64,000 nucleotides of DNA from Haliotis rubra (lineage: Eukaryota), in the NCBI RefSeq assembly GCF_003918875.1, contig NW_025765303.1:868001-932000 (forward strand), written 5' to 3'. A program made the position numbers and the translations under genes. Of the stretch, positions 13,218 to 26,789 are shown piece by piece. The notes under the pieces were generated by a model. That model was not told where the DNA came from. It made no database searches and was given only the letters and a program-made list of their open reading frames with translations. Position 1 is the first letter of the stretch; each line of letters opens with the position of its first letter.

Positions 13218-15404
13218 AAATCAACACCACACGTTGTTATGTTACCATCCGACTTCTAAATGCCCATCACGCATCTGATACATATAACGCGTCACATGTG
13301 TATATATTCAATAAGTATACACGTGAGTTAGCATAGGTAACATAGTTTGGAACAAACACCTCCCCTAGTTACACTCTTGCTTGGTCGACATGCTGCACAT
13401 TTGGGAGGTTATGGTGAGTTTACGTGGGTGCTTCAAAATTTAATCATCTCTTGGCAAATGGTCAGATTGGTTCCCTTGTACAACATATAAGCAAGAAGCA
13501 TGAAGGGTTGTTACACTCCCCACTATAATCATCATCATCAAATGAATTTAATTAAAACTTCTCTGAATACGCATCGGCGGCTAACATTTACTAAATATAC
13601 AACATAAAGACTGACATGTATTTTGATTAAGGGTACTGGAGTTTCCGACCTGGAGAGATATTATTTGTAGATCAGATCATAATGTTGGTTGAAATATAAT
13701 GTTAAGATTATACTTTTTTTGTTTGAGATAATCTTTCTGTGCAAGGGGTGTGTTATGATGCGTTGAGAACAGTTGTTTCTAAAATTTCATTTTCAAGTTT
13801 TTAAATCGCAGTGTTCTATGAAACAGACTCTTATTCTGAACATCATATCACAGTGAACACTCGCCGCTAAGTGAGTAGCAAATGTCTTACTACAGTTATC
13901 ATGCACATGTACCATACATGCTGTATTAAATCAGACATATAATAATACATGGAAAGGTGTATCTTTTATATCATCAGGAAGACTTCGCTCTTTTCTCAGT
14001 GTTGGTTGAAAAATGCAATTATCATACACATATAACCAATTATCAGTGATTAAATCTAATTTATAATGGTTCATTAAATAGAGTATGATTCCAAATTTAC
14101 CACAAAACGTATATGATTATCATAAAACCTATTAAAATATAGATTTATTGCTAAAATTTAAACATGGCTATATGAAACTAGCTATGGCTTTCTTAAACAG
14201 TAATCATTTTAATTTTCACAAGTTATATACAGAATATCTCAGCTCAAAAACTACACCACGTAGTTGAACATATATGTTATTAGAGGTGTTCAGGGGTTTG
14301 AATTCCATTTCAACAGTTTGAATTTTAAATTTAGTATTCTCCAGAAACTTCTATGTCGACAGGTGGAGTGCGCCGGCCACTTTGTACCAAACAAGCCCCA
14401 CCCACCATTCCATTCAAGTTAAGCATGTGGCTATTCATAATATAGCCTCTGGCATGTATTCAAATTATGGCAATTTTACAATAAAGGCCCACAGCGGGAG
14501 ACTGTCTATGGTTAAATATAACCATGAAACATATTGCAGAGCTTGCTGCTTTTAGTGGTACTCATTGTGGGTTTTTCAATAAACGGACGTTATAGCGAGG
14601 AGGCTATGTGACCTGACATGGTTCCCCGTTATAAAGAATATTTCTTCGGTTAAACAGGTTTAAACGACTATTTCAATGGTAACAATTTATATGGTTATGA
14701 AGCGATTTAAACGAGTTAGACATGAACGGGCTTAGTCGACACATGGCAGACATGAGACGGAATATGCCGAGGATTAAGGTTGTGTTATTTTAACCGAAAA
14801 GCACTCATCTGCTCAACACGATCGAGCCTTATAGCCTTAATGTGATCTAAAATAATAACTTGTACTGTCGTTTCAATTTCTCTAATCTACGTTTATGATA
14901 CAGAAATAACGGCTAAAGGAGTTAAGTGAAAGTGAAAGGCTTAGTTAATTCAGGCAGAAATTCGCTAGTTAAGTTCTGTCTAAATAAATCACGTGTACAG
15001 CTAAAGCACATATGTGTTTTAGTTCTACATGTGTTAACAATCTGAAAGGTATATGTAAAATGCAAGCAAATTAAATATAACCTCTGTGTCGAACAAAACA
15101 GCAGTATACTTCGTAAAAGAAGTTACATTTTACCATGCTTTGCAATAGTGGCAATAATGGCAAATGGCAATTAAAATTCAATAAAATGCATGATTTTCTC
15201 GGAAAATATTTTTCCTGAAATTAATACGAATGTTTCTACATTTAATAATTTACTTTACAGCAAATGGGAAAAGACGACACTTAATGTATAGGACTGTCAC
15301 AAAGCATCTACAATATCTGGGGTATCGACACGTTAGAGGCACTGTGACGTACATGGGATACAACCCCTAAAATATACATACGAAACATTTTAACATGTGA
15401 GTAC

Positions 15405-15760
15405 TATCAGGTAAGTAGTGTGTCTGACTATAGTGGCCCAGCCGATGTCTACCTGAGCGAGATATGTCACCACCATCAAACGGAACATATTCTACCTGTA
15501 ATTACAGGTAACTGCTGATGCTCAACTAGCTCTAAGAATATCAGCCTGCCTGTCAGTGTAAAGTCAGCACCTACCTAATCACAGTCCAGAGAGGGTACAC
15601 CGCGTAACATGCATGTCCGCCACCCAACTTTCACCTGTATGCGAAAGCTCTCTCACCTGGGATGCGCGTCCATATGACAGAAGGAATTTGATTGGTCACA
15701 ATCTTTCTCTGGCCGCGAGCGTTTTGGCGCGGATATTATTCTATATAGAACCGAGCTGCG
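15405..15760. promoter_or_regulatory. Cluster of CAGGT(A/G) E-boxes with CCAAT and CpG-rich segment (candidate enhancer or promoter)
   Basis: Six CAGGTA/CAGGTG matches on either strand in about 250 bp, followed by GATTGG and CGCG-rich sequence. Confidence 0.35.
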
Positions 15761-17210
15761 CGCGCTGACTATGACTGTTATCAAATACAAAAGTGTTGAA
15801 ATTATACATGTTTTCTGTTTTGAAAGATTGCTCGATGTAAGATGGGGTGCGGTGTGCAGCCAATCAGGAGGTTTACAAAAGCATCAGCGTCTCGTACAGT
15901 CTTTGTTTATGAAATGGTCTGATGGTTGCTAAGTAGCCAGCCGCATCATGTATTTGTTAAAAACGACGTTTGTTCTTAAGGAAAAACGTTGAACATATTC
16001 AGCGGATGCTTTAGTACTTGATGAAACCAGTCTGACGGGTCTTTAAAGGCGGTGTTTTAACTCTTATACATTAAACTCGTATTGAAACCACCCAATAGTA
16101 ATATGCTCGTATGGGTCCTGTCATGTCACGGTACAAGTAATGCATTTATTCGACTCTTTTCTGATGTAGATACGAGAGCTCAGGGTGGATTTTCTTATAA
16201 ATTTGAAATGAAAGTTTTCAGAAAGAACTAAAATAAATAGGTACATAATCAAGACCCATGGGTTAGAAAACTTTTTATCTGAAATTCGCATATTTGCCAT
16301 CAACAGCATGTTTCCAAACGTGATTGTGGCTCTTTATTGTCAATTGTCCCTCCCAGAAAATACCTTTTCGGATACGTACGTCCAAAAATATTTACAGTAA
16401 ATTTAAGCTTACCAAGTCTTAAAAACGTAATATTTGTGACTTTATATTATGGCTAAGTTTGACTACAATCGCCAGCGAATGAAGGGATGATATCAACCCA
16501 GCCAGGGTACTCTAAGTCCCTATTATGGTGATCTACCTTTAGTTGCTGGCTATCTACAGTTTTATATTGTATTCCTCTGTTTACAAAGCCACTTTTAGAG
16601 ACAGATGCTAGTTTCAAATTCTGGTTCTGCGATATTCTAAGTCGTTATTACTGTCCTTTGTCGACAGGTTTTTACAATTTAAACATTTTTATCATGCATT
16701 CAGAACTTGTTGAATGTCAAGATATGGCTGAAATACTGCCGATGCGACTTTAACTTTTAACTCACTCACTCACTCACTCCCAGAAAACACAGCATTGAAT
16801 ATAACACAAATAACTCTCTTTGAACACATCGAATAAGTAAATTACGCCTGTGTTTTTATATAAAAAATATATATATAATTCAAAAGCAGCACCTTTATAA
16901 TGAAACGCTGAATCGTTGAAACTAAATCGTTATCACGGGGCAGATAACGAAAGGCATATTCTAAAGATGGAAATTTACCTGTCATATCTAAGTTACCTGG
17001 TTACCTGAAGCCACATCGTTCCGTATCTCGTGATGGGGGAATCTCAGAACTCGAGGGATACATCCGTTACAACAATTAGTCGAAGTTGTCATATAGCGCA
17101 AACATACGTCGTCTAAATTTATAGCTGGGCAATATCATGAATATATTCTCTGAATATATTTCATTATGTCTCAAGGTATATACAACATTATATGGAGTGA
17201 ATTAATCAAT

Positions 17211-17321
17211 CAGGGGACCGATTTTCAAAGCTCTGTTAGTGCTAAGATAGTCGTAAGTTAATGTTAATGTATGGCACTTAGCTATCTTAACGCTAAGAGA
17301 GCTTCGAAAATCTAGGCCCAG
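17211..17321. mobile_element. Palindromic MITE
   Basis: Imperfect fold-back CAGGGGACCGATTTTCAAAGCTCT...AGAGCTTCGAAAATCTAGGCCCAG. Core GTCGTAAGTTAATGTTAATGTATGG is shared with 50278-50600 and 58815-59064. Confidence 0.6.
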
Positions 17322-18173
17322 AAATGTATATTTAGATTCCTTCATAACCTGGACTAAATTTATGGAAAATGAAAAAAATCCTAACTGAAACTGAATTCTC
17401 CTAAGTCTCAAAACGTAGGTTTGGTTCCGAGTAATACTGAGTGTTTCTGAAATCACACTTGTTGTGTTGACATAAGTATATTAGGACCTGCTTTGTACTT
17501 TGTATTTAGTATAGCGACGTTACAGGGTTATCTGCCCTTGAAATACTGCGAAAATCATACCCACGAATAATTTTCTTAATTGGAACCAAGACACTATTGA
17601 GAGAATAACCGACGTATGAGAAATTAAGATTATGAAACGTGGAAAAACAAACTATCGTCAATTGTTTACTTTGTAACTTTGTGACAATTGATGCTTTCAT
17701 ATCGTTTTGTTCTAAACAATACTATCAGTGAAATTGCTGAAACGCACACAGGCATACACACCAGGTCCAAGATTTTCGAAATGGTCTGTACCTCAAGATT
17801 ATCGTACAGTTACCGAAGAGAATTTGTAGTCCGAAACTACCGCAGCCCCGAGACACCATAAGAATGTCGTAAATCTTAGAACGTTTCATACTTGTCCTAA
17901 GTATATTCTTTCTTCATCATCAAAGATGGCGGCATATTTTGCCAGAGATATTGTTTTCAAAGAAATATTCTGTTTTACGTTGAAACATTTGATTTTGTTA
18001 AATTTTGGGATTCATCCGAATATTCTTCATGTTTTATTCGATTCCATTTCAATAAAGCAATCGACACTTCATTTGGTAATATGACGGCATTGGCCTGAGC
18101 TGTATTTTAACAATAAGTTTTAGTCAGGGAACATGACATAGATCTAATCTGCCTCAACAACTTAACAGGGTTA

Positions 18174-18337
18174 NNNNNNNNNNNNNNNNNNNNNNNNNNN
18201 NNNNNNNNNNNNNNNNNNNNNNNNNNNNNNNNNNNNNNNNNNNNNNNNNNNNNNNNNNNNNNNNNNNNNNNNNNNNNNNNNNNNNNNNNNNNNNNNNNNN
18301 NNNNNNNNNNNNNNNNNNNNNNNNNNNNNNNNNNNNN
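18174..18337. other. Assembly gap (164 N)
   Basis: Run of N bases. Confidence 1.
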
Positions 18338-18391
18338 TCGCAGCAGTAGTAGTACATAAGTCTCCCCCCACCCCACCCCCGATCCGCCAAT

Positions 18392-18490
18392 GTAGTAGTA
18401 GTAGTAGAAGTAGTTGCAGAAGCAGACGTAGTACTAGTGGTGGTAGTAATCGTCGTCGTTGTAGTAGTAGTAGTAGTAGTAGTAGTAGCA
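18392..18490. repeat. (GTA)n-rich microsatellite
   Basis: Interrupted GTA/GTC triplet runs. Confidence 0.85.
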
Positions 18491-19151
18491 GGTTTGTCAT
18501 CGCGACCTAAACGCAAAATTCTTATTTCTTTCATAATGTCACTGACACCTAACTGAAAATACACACACAACGCACATCTCGACCGTTTCCGTGACCATTC
18601 AGCTTGTTTCGGACTGACCTGAGTACTCACGAATGATGAGTTTGAAATGAACACATACCCACCCATTTCCTGTCCGCCAGTTGAAAGACGCAACGAGTCA
18701 GGCTGGTTGTGCGTCTGTGTCCGAATGTAATGTCGTTATCAACAAAACGACAGCTACAACATCGTCACGCGCCAGTGACCTACCACTGTCTGGGAATCCC
18801 AGTGTGAGTTTCCACAAGGATGGCTTCGAATACGCGCCATAAAACGAGAACATGGCGTGACGACTGCCAATGGGGTATGTAGTGCTGCTGGTGGCGCGGC
18901 ATCAAACTTAAGTGCAAGTTTAATTTTTTTTATTTATTCGAATTTGACGCCTCAGACGACGATGACGACCACGAAGCTGAACGTTTTACCTTGTTTCATG
19001 CTATTGCCTATGGCAGTATAATTGTTTGGCCTTGGTGTAATTGTAAAACCAGTCATCACTCATATCATCATTATCGTCATCCCAGACATACTCGTATTAC
19101 CGCCATCATGATTTATCATAATTACCTTCATCGTTAATAATCAGGTTCATT

Positions 19152-19300
19152 AGGGAAGGTGGGGTAGCCAAGTGGCTAAATTGTTAGTTCATCAGGACGA
19201 AGGATTGGGTTCGATTCTCTATTGTAAACAAGGGCGCAACCTGAAGAGCCAGGTCTTGGTGTGGTGTTAATTAGAACGGCCATTGGTTAAATCGGCGTAA
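19152..19300 (+). mobile_element. tRNA-headed SINE family A, degenerate copy
   Basis: GGTGGGGTAGCCAAGTGG...GGGTTCGATTC...CGGCGTAAAA. Confidence 0.6.
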
Positions 19301-19359
19301 AAGTATTTCCCTTCATTCTCTCATTACAAATGGTCATTTCTATACCATATTAAAGGAGT

Positions 19360-19597
19360 ACCCGTGAAGATCCGGGTTAGAATTGACCTTCAGCAACCCA
19401 TGCTTGTCGTTAGAGGCGACTAAGGGCATCGGGTGGTCAGGGTCGCTGACGTTGTTAAGACAAGTCATTGTATCCCAATTGCGTACAGTGAGGTTCAAAC
19501 TGTTGACCACTGGATTGACTGGGTCCAGACTCGTTTATTTTCAGATCGCCGCGATATAGCTGGAATATTGTTGAGTGCGGCGTAAAACAACAAACAC
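19360..19597 (+). mobile_element. Short retroelement family B (structured non-tRNA head)
   Basis: ACCCGTGAAGATCCGGGTTAGAATTG...GTCGTTAGAGGCGACTAA...ATAGCTGGAATATTGTTGAGTGCGGCGTAAAAC; matches other copies in the window. Confidence 0.85.
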
Positions 19598-20593
19598 AAT
19601 ACAAGGAGTACATATATCTTTTCTATATCGAATTTACTATTAGGGGTAAAACCTGTGATACACCGAAGACATTACTTTGAGATAACATTGTTTATTATAT
19701 CTGGAATATTTTAACACTATATTTATCTGAAATTATGAAATCGAGATGAGAGGAAAGTCCGTGTCAGAACAATATTGACCGTCACACGTTCTCGGAGTAG
19801 CATTCGCTAAAACGCAACCGGAAAATATGATTTCAAGAGTATTACGCGAAATACAATGTAGACCAATCTCCTTCATGCGGTAGATGCGCCCATATATTAC
19901 ATCAGTATGCAACTAGGTTATACAGGTGTAATGTTGGTGTCGTTTTAAGGTCAGAGGACAAAAAACTGAGGACGAGACTGAAACGTTCACTGCCCACAGT
20001 TAATGGAACATCATTACTAATGGAACGACCTACTGGAGACAGAACGACTTTCATTCATAATTATGTATCAACTGAAAACAACTCCCGGTTAGGATGTGCT
20101 TCGATTAAAGTAACAAATAAAAATTGAGAACAGTTGTCTTTTTCTCTCCATACTGCTGACATTCGATAAAATTGGTCAAACACAGAAGGGTGGTACACGT
20201 GTCCTGACTGGTTCTCTTTGCGATGTGCGCATCATCCTAGATCAGAACCCAGTTTACTTTGGCTGTACGGACATCGTGGGGTACCTCGCGTATTGAAAAT
20301 AAGTACCACAAGCGTATTAAAAACATTTATTTATGAAAGTTTTCAGAGGAGGAAAATATCAATAATGCCATTTGCATTCATCATTATTGTGAAATGCAAA
20401 TATCATCGTCATCGTCCTTATTATTCAACGCAACTCCGTCATTACAAGAATAAGAATTGGAACAGCATTACTGCCTAAGAAACCCTCACAGATGGCCAAA
20501 AAATCGTTTTGGCTATGCCTGATGCATGCTCATCTTCAGAATTGATTGACAAGCGTATATGTACATTAACACTCTGTGCACAGGTTCAGCATT

Positions 20594-20667
20594 CACCTGA
20601 TGAAGGAGCAAGCATTAGCTCTGAAACGTCGTATAAAGAATTTAATAGAAGTTGTTATCCATAAAAC
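20594..20667 (+). ncRNA. Minimal type I hammerhead ribozyme (canonical core) in a Penelope-like element end
   Basis: AC-CTGATGA-A-GGAGC-AAGCATTA-GCTCT-GAAA-CGTC-GT: intact core, helix II, loop-less palindromic ACGT helix III, GUC cleavage triplet. Followed by AATAGAAGTTGTTATCCATAA. Confidence 0.75.
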
Positions 20668-21189
20668 GTGTCCTGTATTCAAACGTATATGTGTTCAGTG
20701 GCTCTTGTCAGAATTTTCGACTGTAATTGATCCGATTTCTAATTGATTCACTCCTAATTTAGGGAACGTACGATATCTTTCATTATTGATTTGCTTGGTA
20801 GAAGGTCAGCGAAGCCTGACCGAGAGTGCACTTGCTGACTGGGCTGGAACACAGGGCAAGCGTTGTTGGAACACGTGAACATCTACACGACATGTCTCAC
20901 TGTCTTGTCTGAGAAGTGGGACGCCCTAGTCCGTGCCACAACCTGTGACATACCCTGACATATGAAACATGTGAAACATTACGTGAAATGCATGTTTATT
21001 TGCAACCGACAGTCGGAAGCGATTTAGAATTGTTGCTATCAGGTGAATGTATTAAATATCGCGTTCAAGATTATTGCACATTTGTAGTGAAATGCATGCA
21101 CGTGTATGTGCATGGCTGCTTGTAATGGTCCGAATCACGATACTTTATTTGTGGCAGCCCCTGCTGTGCAAAACTACATCAACGTCAAC

Positions 21190-21515
21190 TGTCTTGTCGA
21201 CTGTTCAGACCATGTCGGTTGTCTCGACATGTCTGTAAAAATAAGTTCCGTCTATCTCGAAGTGTAAAGTAAAACATGTTAGATACAGGCTACGTCTTTT
21301 GTCTCGACGTGTAATGTCGTAATAGTACGTATAGTCTCCGTCGGTTTTGTCGACTTGTAGTCAATAATATAAATAGTCTCCGTCGTTTGTCCGGGCGTGT
21401 AATGTCGATAATAATACACATAATCTGAGTCGGTTTGGGCAACTTTTAAAGTCAATATTTTAAAATAAAATCTACGTCGTTTGTCTCAATGTGTAATGCC
21501 CATAATAATTTGTAT
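21190..21515. repeat. Degenerate ~45-bp tandem repeat with alternating unit types
   Basis: Recurrent GTCTCCGTCG(G)TTTGTC...GTAATGTC/GTCAATA units. Confidence 0.65.
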
Positions 21516-22768
21516 ACTTACCAAAAAAAGAATTAAAAAACAAGTGCCAGGAAGGTACTTTCTTGTTTCGGTCACGTGGACATACTAACTAGCTATTGCT
21601 CCTATGCCTAAAATGCTTTATGTAAAACGCTACATTTTTTAAACAATTGTTATAATTAATGACTGCCGATTAAGTGCATTTCAGTTTGGCACACCTGTTG
21701 CGCTCTTATTGACCTGTGTATTACTATCCATTTGTAAAACTGTGACTTGATCTATCTGAATATTTTGAAATATTTTTTTATTATTTATTTCGATACATTA
21801 TCCCATTTCCAGTGCCACGGAACAGTAAATTCCAAAATAAAATACGTGATCATTGATCAAATATAAAACCACAGCATTTGAGATCAGAACCAGATCAGAT
21901 TATATCAGAGTACTATTTTCCCATGAAATTGATAACTGTGCTGCGAACCAAATAACAAGACGAACAAGTCAAAGCCAGGCTGGTATCGAAGGTGTAAGCA
22001 CGTTCGAGGGAAATCTACCAACCTGTCAACTGACAACATTCAATCAAAGTCAAAACTTCGGGTGGCTCTCGGCGAACACGTACCAGTAACATTGCATGGC
22101 AGAGTCGACTCTTTACTTTATGAAATTGATTAGTAAAACGTGACTCTGACATTGAGTGACAGGCTTCATGACATGTAGCAACGTAACTGCACACTGAGAC
22201 CGTCAATGAAATACATGTTTCTTTCACTGGTTGCATGTCGCGGGATCTGTCGACATCTTTGATGGACCGGGATATTACAATGTTCACACGCTCCTGAAGG
22301 GCTGGCCTCCATGTTTTTTTACAAATCGATATGAATTTTTGATTAGGTAAAGATTCGTATTTGAAACGAATACAAGTGATTCTTTTTTAACGAATAATAT
22401 TCAGCTCTGATAACAGCCCACGGGTACTGTAAGTACATAACAATATTTACTTTTCATATATTATTTCAATTTTGTTATCGTTTGTTTCTACCCGTGCTAT
22501 TTTTGCGCCTAACAAGCTATTAAGTACGTTTCCATTTTATTTTGCCTTTTTTCATGTCAATGAAATACGAAGAGTTCATGTAAACAGAAATCTGAAAAGA
22601 ACCCAGAGCTGGAAAGACATGCAAACGTCCATCACAGTGCCAATTTATGTCTGCGCAACCACCAGTAATAATGTTTGTGTTGAGGGTATTTCATATGATT
22701 TAATCAATAAACGCCTAGTGATCACTTGTAAATTATACTATTGACAATAATATTGACTTAATTGCAAT

Positions 22769-22997
22769 CGTAAGAGGCGACTAACAGGATTGGGTGGTCA
22801 GGCTCGCTGACTTGGTTGACACATGTCATTTTTCTCAATTGCGTAGATCGATGCTCATGCTTTTGGTCACTGGATTGTCTGGTCCAGACTCGATTATTTA
22901 CAGACCGCTGCCATATAGCAGGAATATTGCTGAGTGCTGCGAGCATGGCAAGCATGGGTTGCTGAAGACCAATTCTAAATCGGATCTTCACGGGTCT
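22769..22997. mobile_element. Family B copy with body (+, 22769-22939) and head (-, 22951-22997) in opposite orientation
   Basis: TCGTAAGAGGCGAC...GCTGAGTGC on +, followed by the reverse complement of the head, AGCATGGGTTGCTGAAGACCAATTCTAAATCGGATCTTCACGGGT. Confidence 0.8.
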
Positions 22998-24558
22998 ATT
23001 GTAACAATTACAATGACTGACTGGGTGGTACAAGCAAGCTTGATTACATGATCCTGTTAGTCGCCCCTCGCTCTTACTCTGAAAACACGGGCTCGATTCC
23101 AATGTGGAAACAATATGAGAAGTCCATTAATGGTGTTCTTTGCCATTATGCAAGGCAGGTCAAACGAAAGTGTTTAAACAAATACCTACAAACGTTACCA
23201 ACACGTTGTTTGGCTGAAAACAATCACCGAAACATTGTAAAACACTACTATGATACCTTATAAAACAAATCACAGTCGAATAACCACTACTTGTGTGTTT
23301 CGGCTTGAGCCACCATCTCAGATGTATGAGGACTTTCTTCTGCCCAGCTGTTTAAGTCTAGTTCATAACCATTAAAGTTGTTTCATTTACACACACTAAT
23401 AAAGCTTAAACACTGGCATGTATAACCTGCCGTAAGGTTTATGATAGATGCATACCTCACTAGCTGGCTTATCTCAATGTATGGTTATCGCCACGATGTG
23501 TACCAACAAACAAGTTAACATCAATAACAACCTCATTAAAACCAGATCTTTTCCTCCCAAACAACATGAAAGGTCTTAACGCGGAGACTTTAAAGGGACT
23601 GCAAAAATAATAAACCTGTGTATTTACGACATTAATTCATAATAAATTATCGAGGAGGTTGACACAGGGGGAAAATGCAGCATTTAGATCAACTTCGTTT
23701 TTCAACGTAATGCTCTTGGCTGTACGTTAAATGTTGAGACCTGTCGTTGAATAAATGTGCATGATGTTTCACGTGAAAGTATAAATGTATTCTCTTTGAG
23801 ATATCCCAATAGCAATAAATTGTGACGTTCATGTTATTTAGAACTGTACGTACATGATCCCAGTGTAGGTTTGCTGTTGGGAAACACATCGGCCAAAATT
23901 TTCCTTGAAACTGAATGAGGAAGTACATAGAAGAATAGGGTTGGAGGAAGAGCGAGTGAACACAATAAAAATCGGTTTAAGTTTTTTTAAATAACGAGAT
24001 GCCACGTTTTAATGTAATTTATACCATTTACATGTATGTTCTTTAAACGACTGATGTTAGAATTACATTTTTAAGAGTCTAACAAAAACAAATTGCATCC
24101 GTAAAGATATTTTCCTGTCAGTGATCGACTATAACACGTGGCATGATGTCACCTCAGAAACAAAGACGCCTGCACACATCTGTCTCATAGTATTTGCATA
24201 GTAACGTGTAACAGACACGCCCATGTATGCATCGGAAACGTGGGTAGCAGCCATTTGATTGGTCCATATAAACCATGCTATTGCATTTGTAAACAATATT
24301 GTACATGGGTCACATACAAGAAATAAAGGACCTTTCCATGTTTGACACAAAGTACATTTTAACCGGATCCATTCAAATGCATCTCTTACCGTAAAGAATA
24401 CCGCTGAAGAACCTGCAACAGGCTTTCAAATGCAAGCTTACAGGACCCTGGGATGACAATTACAGAGTTGACAGCTTTTGATCTAGGTTTATACAATGTT
24501 ACGGATGTAATATGGTGACCTGTTATGAAATAAAGCTAACGTCGTGTTCAAGATCTTT

Positions 24559-25010
24559 GCACCTATACAGCGGAGTGTATGTTTGTTCGTGCATGCATGA
24601 ATGTGTGATTGCACCTATACGTCGAAGTGTATGTTTGTTCGTGCATGCATGAATGTGTGATTGCACCTATACGTCGAAGTGTATGTTTGTTCGTGCATGC
24701 ATGAATATGTGATTGCACCTATACGTCGAAGTGTATGTTTGTTCGTGCATGCATGAATGTGTGATACACCTATACGTCGAAGTGTATGTTTGTGCGTGCA
24801 TGCATGAATGTGTGATGCACCTATATGTCGAAGTGTATGTTTGTTCGTGCATGCATGAATGTGTGATTGCACCTATACGTCGAAGTGTATGTTTGTTCGT
24901 GCATGCATGAATGTGTGATTGCACCTATACGTCGAAGTGTATGTTTGTTCGTGCATGCGTGAATATGTGATACACCTATGCAGCGAAGTGTATGTTTGTA
25001 CGTGAATGTA
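24559..25010. repeat. 52-bp minisatellite, about 8.5 copies
   Basis: Unit GCACCTATACGTCGAAGTGTATGTTTGTTCGTGCATGCATGAATGTGTGATT. Confidence 0.95.
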
Positions 25011-25030
25011 TGGCTGCTTGTACTGGATAC

Positions 25031-25036
25031 TGATGC

Positions 25037-25081
<45 letters not shown>

Positions 25082-25420
25082 CTTTGAGATATAACCTGCG
25101 CTTTCCGACATAATGCGGGCCCACCAGGCCATTTAGTGTTTCACCGAAAGATATGGCAACTTAAAGGGGGCGTTAGGGTTGCATAATTGCATGCTTGTAC
25201 TCGTCCAATCGAATGGTTTCATGGTGCAAGCTCACCGAGTTACCATTCTGCAGTTTAACATGGATATCCAAGTCAGACACTGTACAGTGGCCTTGTTTGA
25301 ACCCTAAATCCCGAACGCCAGCCATGGTAACAACAAGTACCATCCGTTTACGTAGTTTACCACTGACTTCACCCTTTCCGGTCAGACGCTCCACCCACTT
25401 GACAACGGCGTCGGTCAGCA
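25031..25420 (-). mobile_element. Degenerate SINE-like element ending in a (CAT)n tail
   Basis: The (GAT)n run at 25031-25081 is clear. The minus strand begins with A-box-like GTCAAGTGGGTGGAGCGTCTGACC. The assignment is tentative. Confidence 0.35.
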
Positions 25421-25776
25421 TGATGGATATATTGATACAAAACACCTAAATATTTAAAGCAAAACCTCTGATGGAACCCCGACAGGCCCTTAAATATCGC
25501 CTTCCGACGATGCTAGAAACGACAACATCTATATCTACACCCATACTAAGCTGCACCTCTGACACACTTCTACTGATATTTATAAACCAAGAGGACTTCT
25601 CTGTGGACAGTTCCGTCCGGATCTAGAGGGGTTTCTATGTTGTTGTTGTTGAGTTAGATGCTTTGGAGGTCGCCTTCGCCGGTTGGCATGTCGGCAGACC
25701 TATCCCTCCTTGAGATGCGTGGGGAGGTTTCTATGTACTCATGCACTGTATATATAGCCTCGGTTGTCCCCAAACA

Positions 25777-25955
25777 GGGAGATGGGGTAGCCTAGTGGTT
25801 AAAGCGTTCGCTCGTCACGCCGAAGATCCGGGTTCGATTCCCCACAAGGGTACAATGTGTGAAGCCCATTTCTGGTGTCTCCTCCGTGATATTGCTGGAA
25901 TATTGCTGGAATATTGCTAAAAGCGGTGTAAAACTTAAAACGCATGATCACTCAC
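25777..25955 (+). mobile_element. tRNA-headed SINE family A
   Basis: A box TAGCCTAGTGG, B box GGTTCGATTCC, tail GCTGGAATATTGCTAAAAGCGG(T)GTAAAAC; TSD TGT(C/T)CCCAAACA. Confidence 0.9.
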
Positions 25956-26024
25956 TGTTCCCAAACATTTGTTTTTCATTGTCTTAATCTCTAAGAAGAT
26001 GCAATGGGTCCGGGTTGTGCCACA

Positions 26025-26159
26025 TTTAGCAATATTCAAGCAATATGGTCTTGGGGGATACCCTAAATGGGCTTCACACATTGTACCAAAGTGTGGAATC
26101 ACACTAGGACCTTCGGTGTGACGAGTAAAACTTTAACCACCAAACTCACCTATCGCCTC
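26025..26159 (-). mobile_element. SINE family A, degenerate copy
   Basis: Reverse-complement match AAATGGGCTTCACACATTGTACC...CTTTAACCAC. Confidence 0.75.
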
Positions 26160-26789
26160 AGGACCTATGATTAGTCACGTGACTTGTACTCCCCGGTCCC
26201 AGTGTCACGAAGATTCGGTAATAGGAACACCATATCTATCTAATCTCCACCTGATAATCATCGTTATGATTCGATTGAATAACGAACTTCGAATATTTCA
26301 TTGGGTTGGAATCCATTTTAAACCCACGATCATAGTCAAAAGTTTCTATTTTTATCGTTAAAAGAATAACTAACCTCACAATTATGAACTGAATGTGTGT
26401 TTCGTTTCAGTACCTTTCAACATCCTTCTTGCTTTTGACAGCTGGGGCGTATAAAACTGGTTGTGTATTACAGATGCCTTGGTTTCACACTCGATAACTA
26501 AATGCGCTTAAGGTTGTCTTACCAGTTTTACAACATTGAAGACTTTGCCGGGGATGCACTTGCAGAGTAGGTCCAATTAAAACGAAACCCATATTTGGCA
26601 AGCAACCGAAAATTGTTTTCAGGAATTAATTATGTCCATACAAAAATGTATGTTCAAACTCGGACTACCCTCACCACCAACCTCCCCAACTAAACCAGCG
26701 TTGTTTCATTTTTTCTTGTAAAGTCTACATTACAAACTGACTGCTAAAGTAAAGGGTTAGTATATTTTACACTCCTTTAACACAATGCA

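Noticed and set aside
18338-18860. Possible minus-strand exons encoding a Thr-rich peptide
   Set aside because: Splice-like sites exist (GTGAGT ~18630, TTTCAG ~18553), but the Thr run is a microsatellite, upstream frames close early and the gap hides the rest.
19360-19430. HDV-like ribozyme fold for the family B head
   Set aside because: Only 12 nt lie between the strands of the 7-bp helix, too few for P2, P3 and L3, and the strand order does not match.
24559-25010. CRISPR-like regular repeats (also 50311-50600)
   Set aside because: Units are contiguous with no unique spacers, there are no cas genes, and the context is eukaryotic.
25777-25850. tRNA genes suggested by A/B boxes
   Set aside because: These are SINE heads. 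Each continues into the same body and tail, often with TSDs, and no proper acceptor stem is evident.
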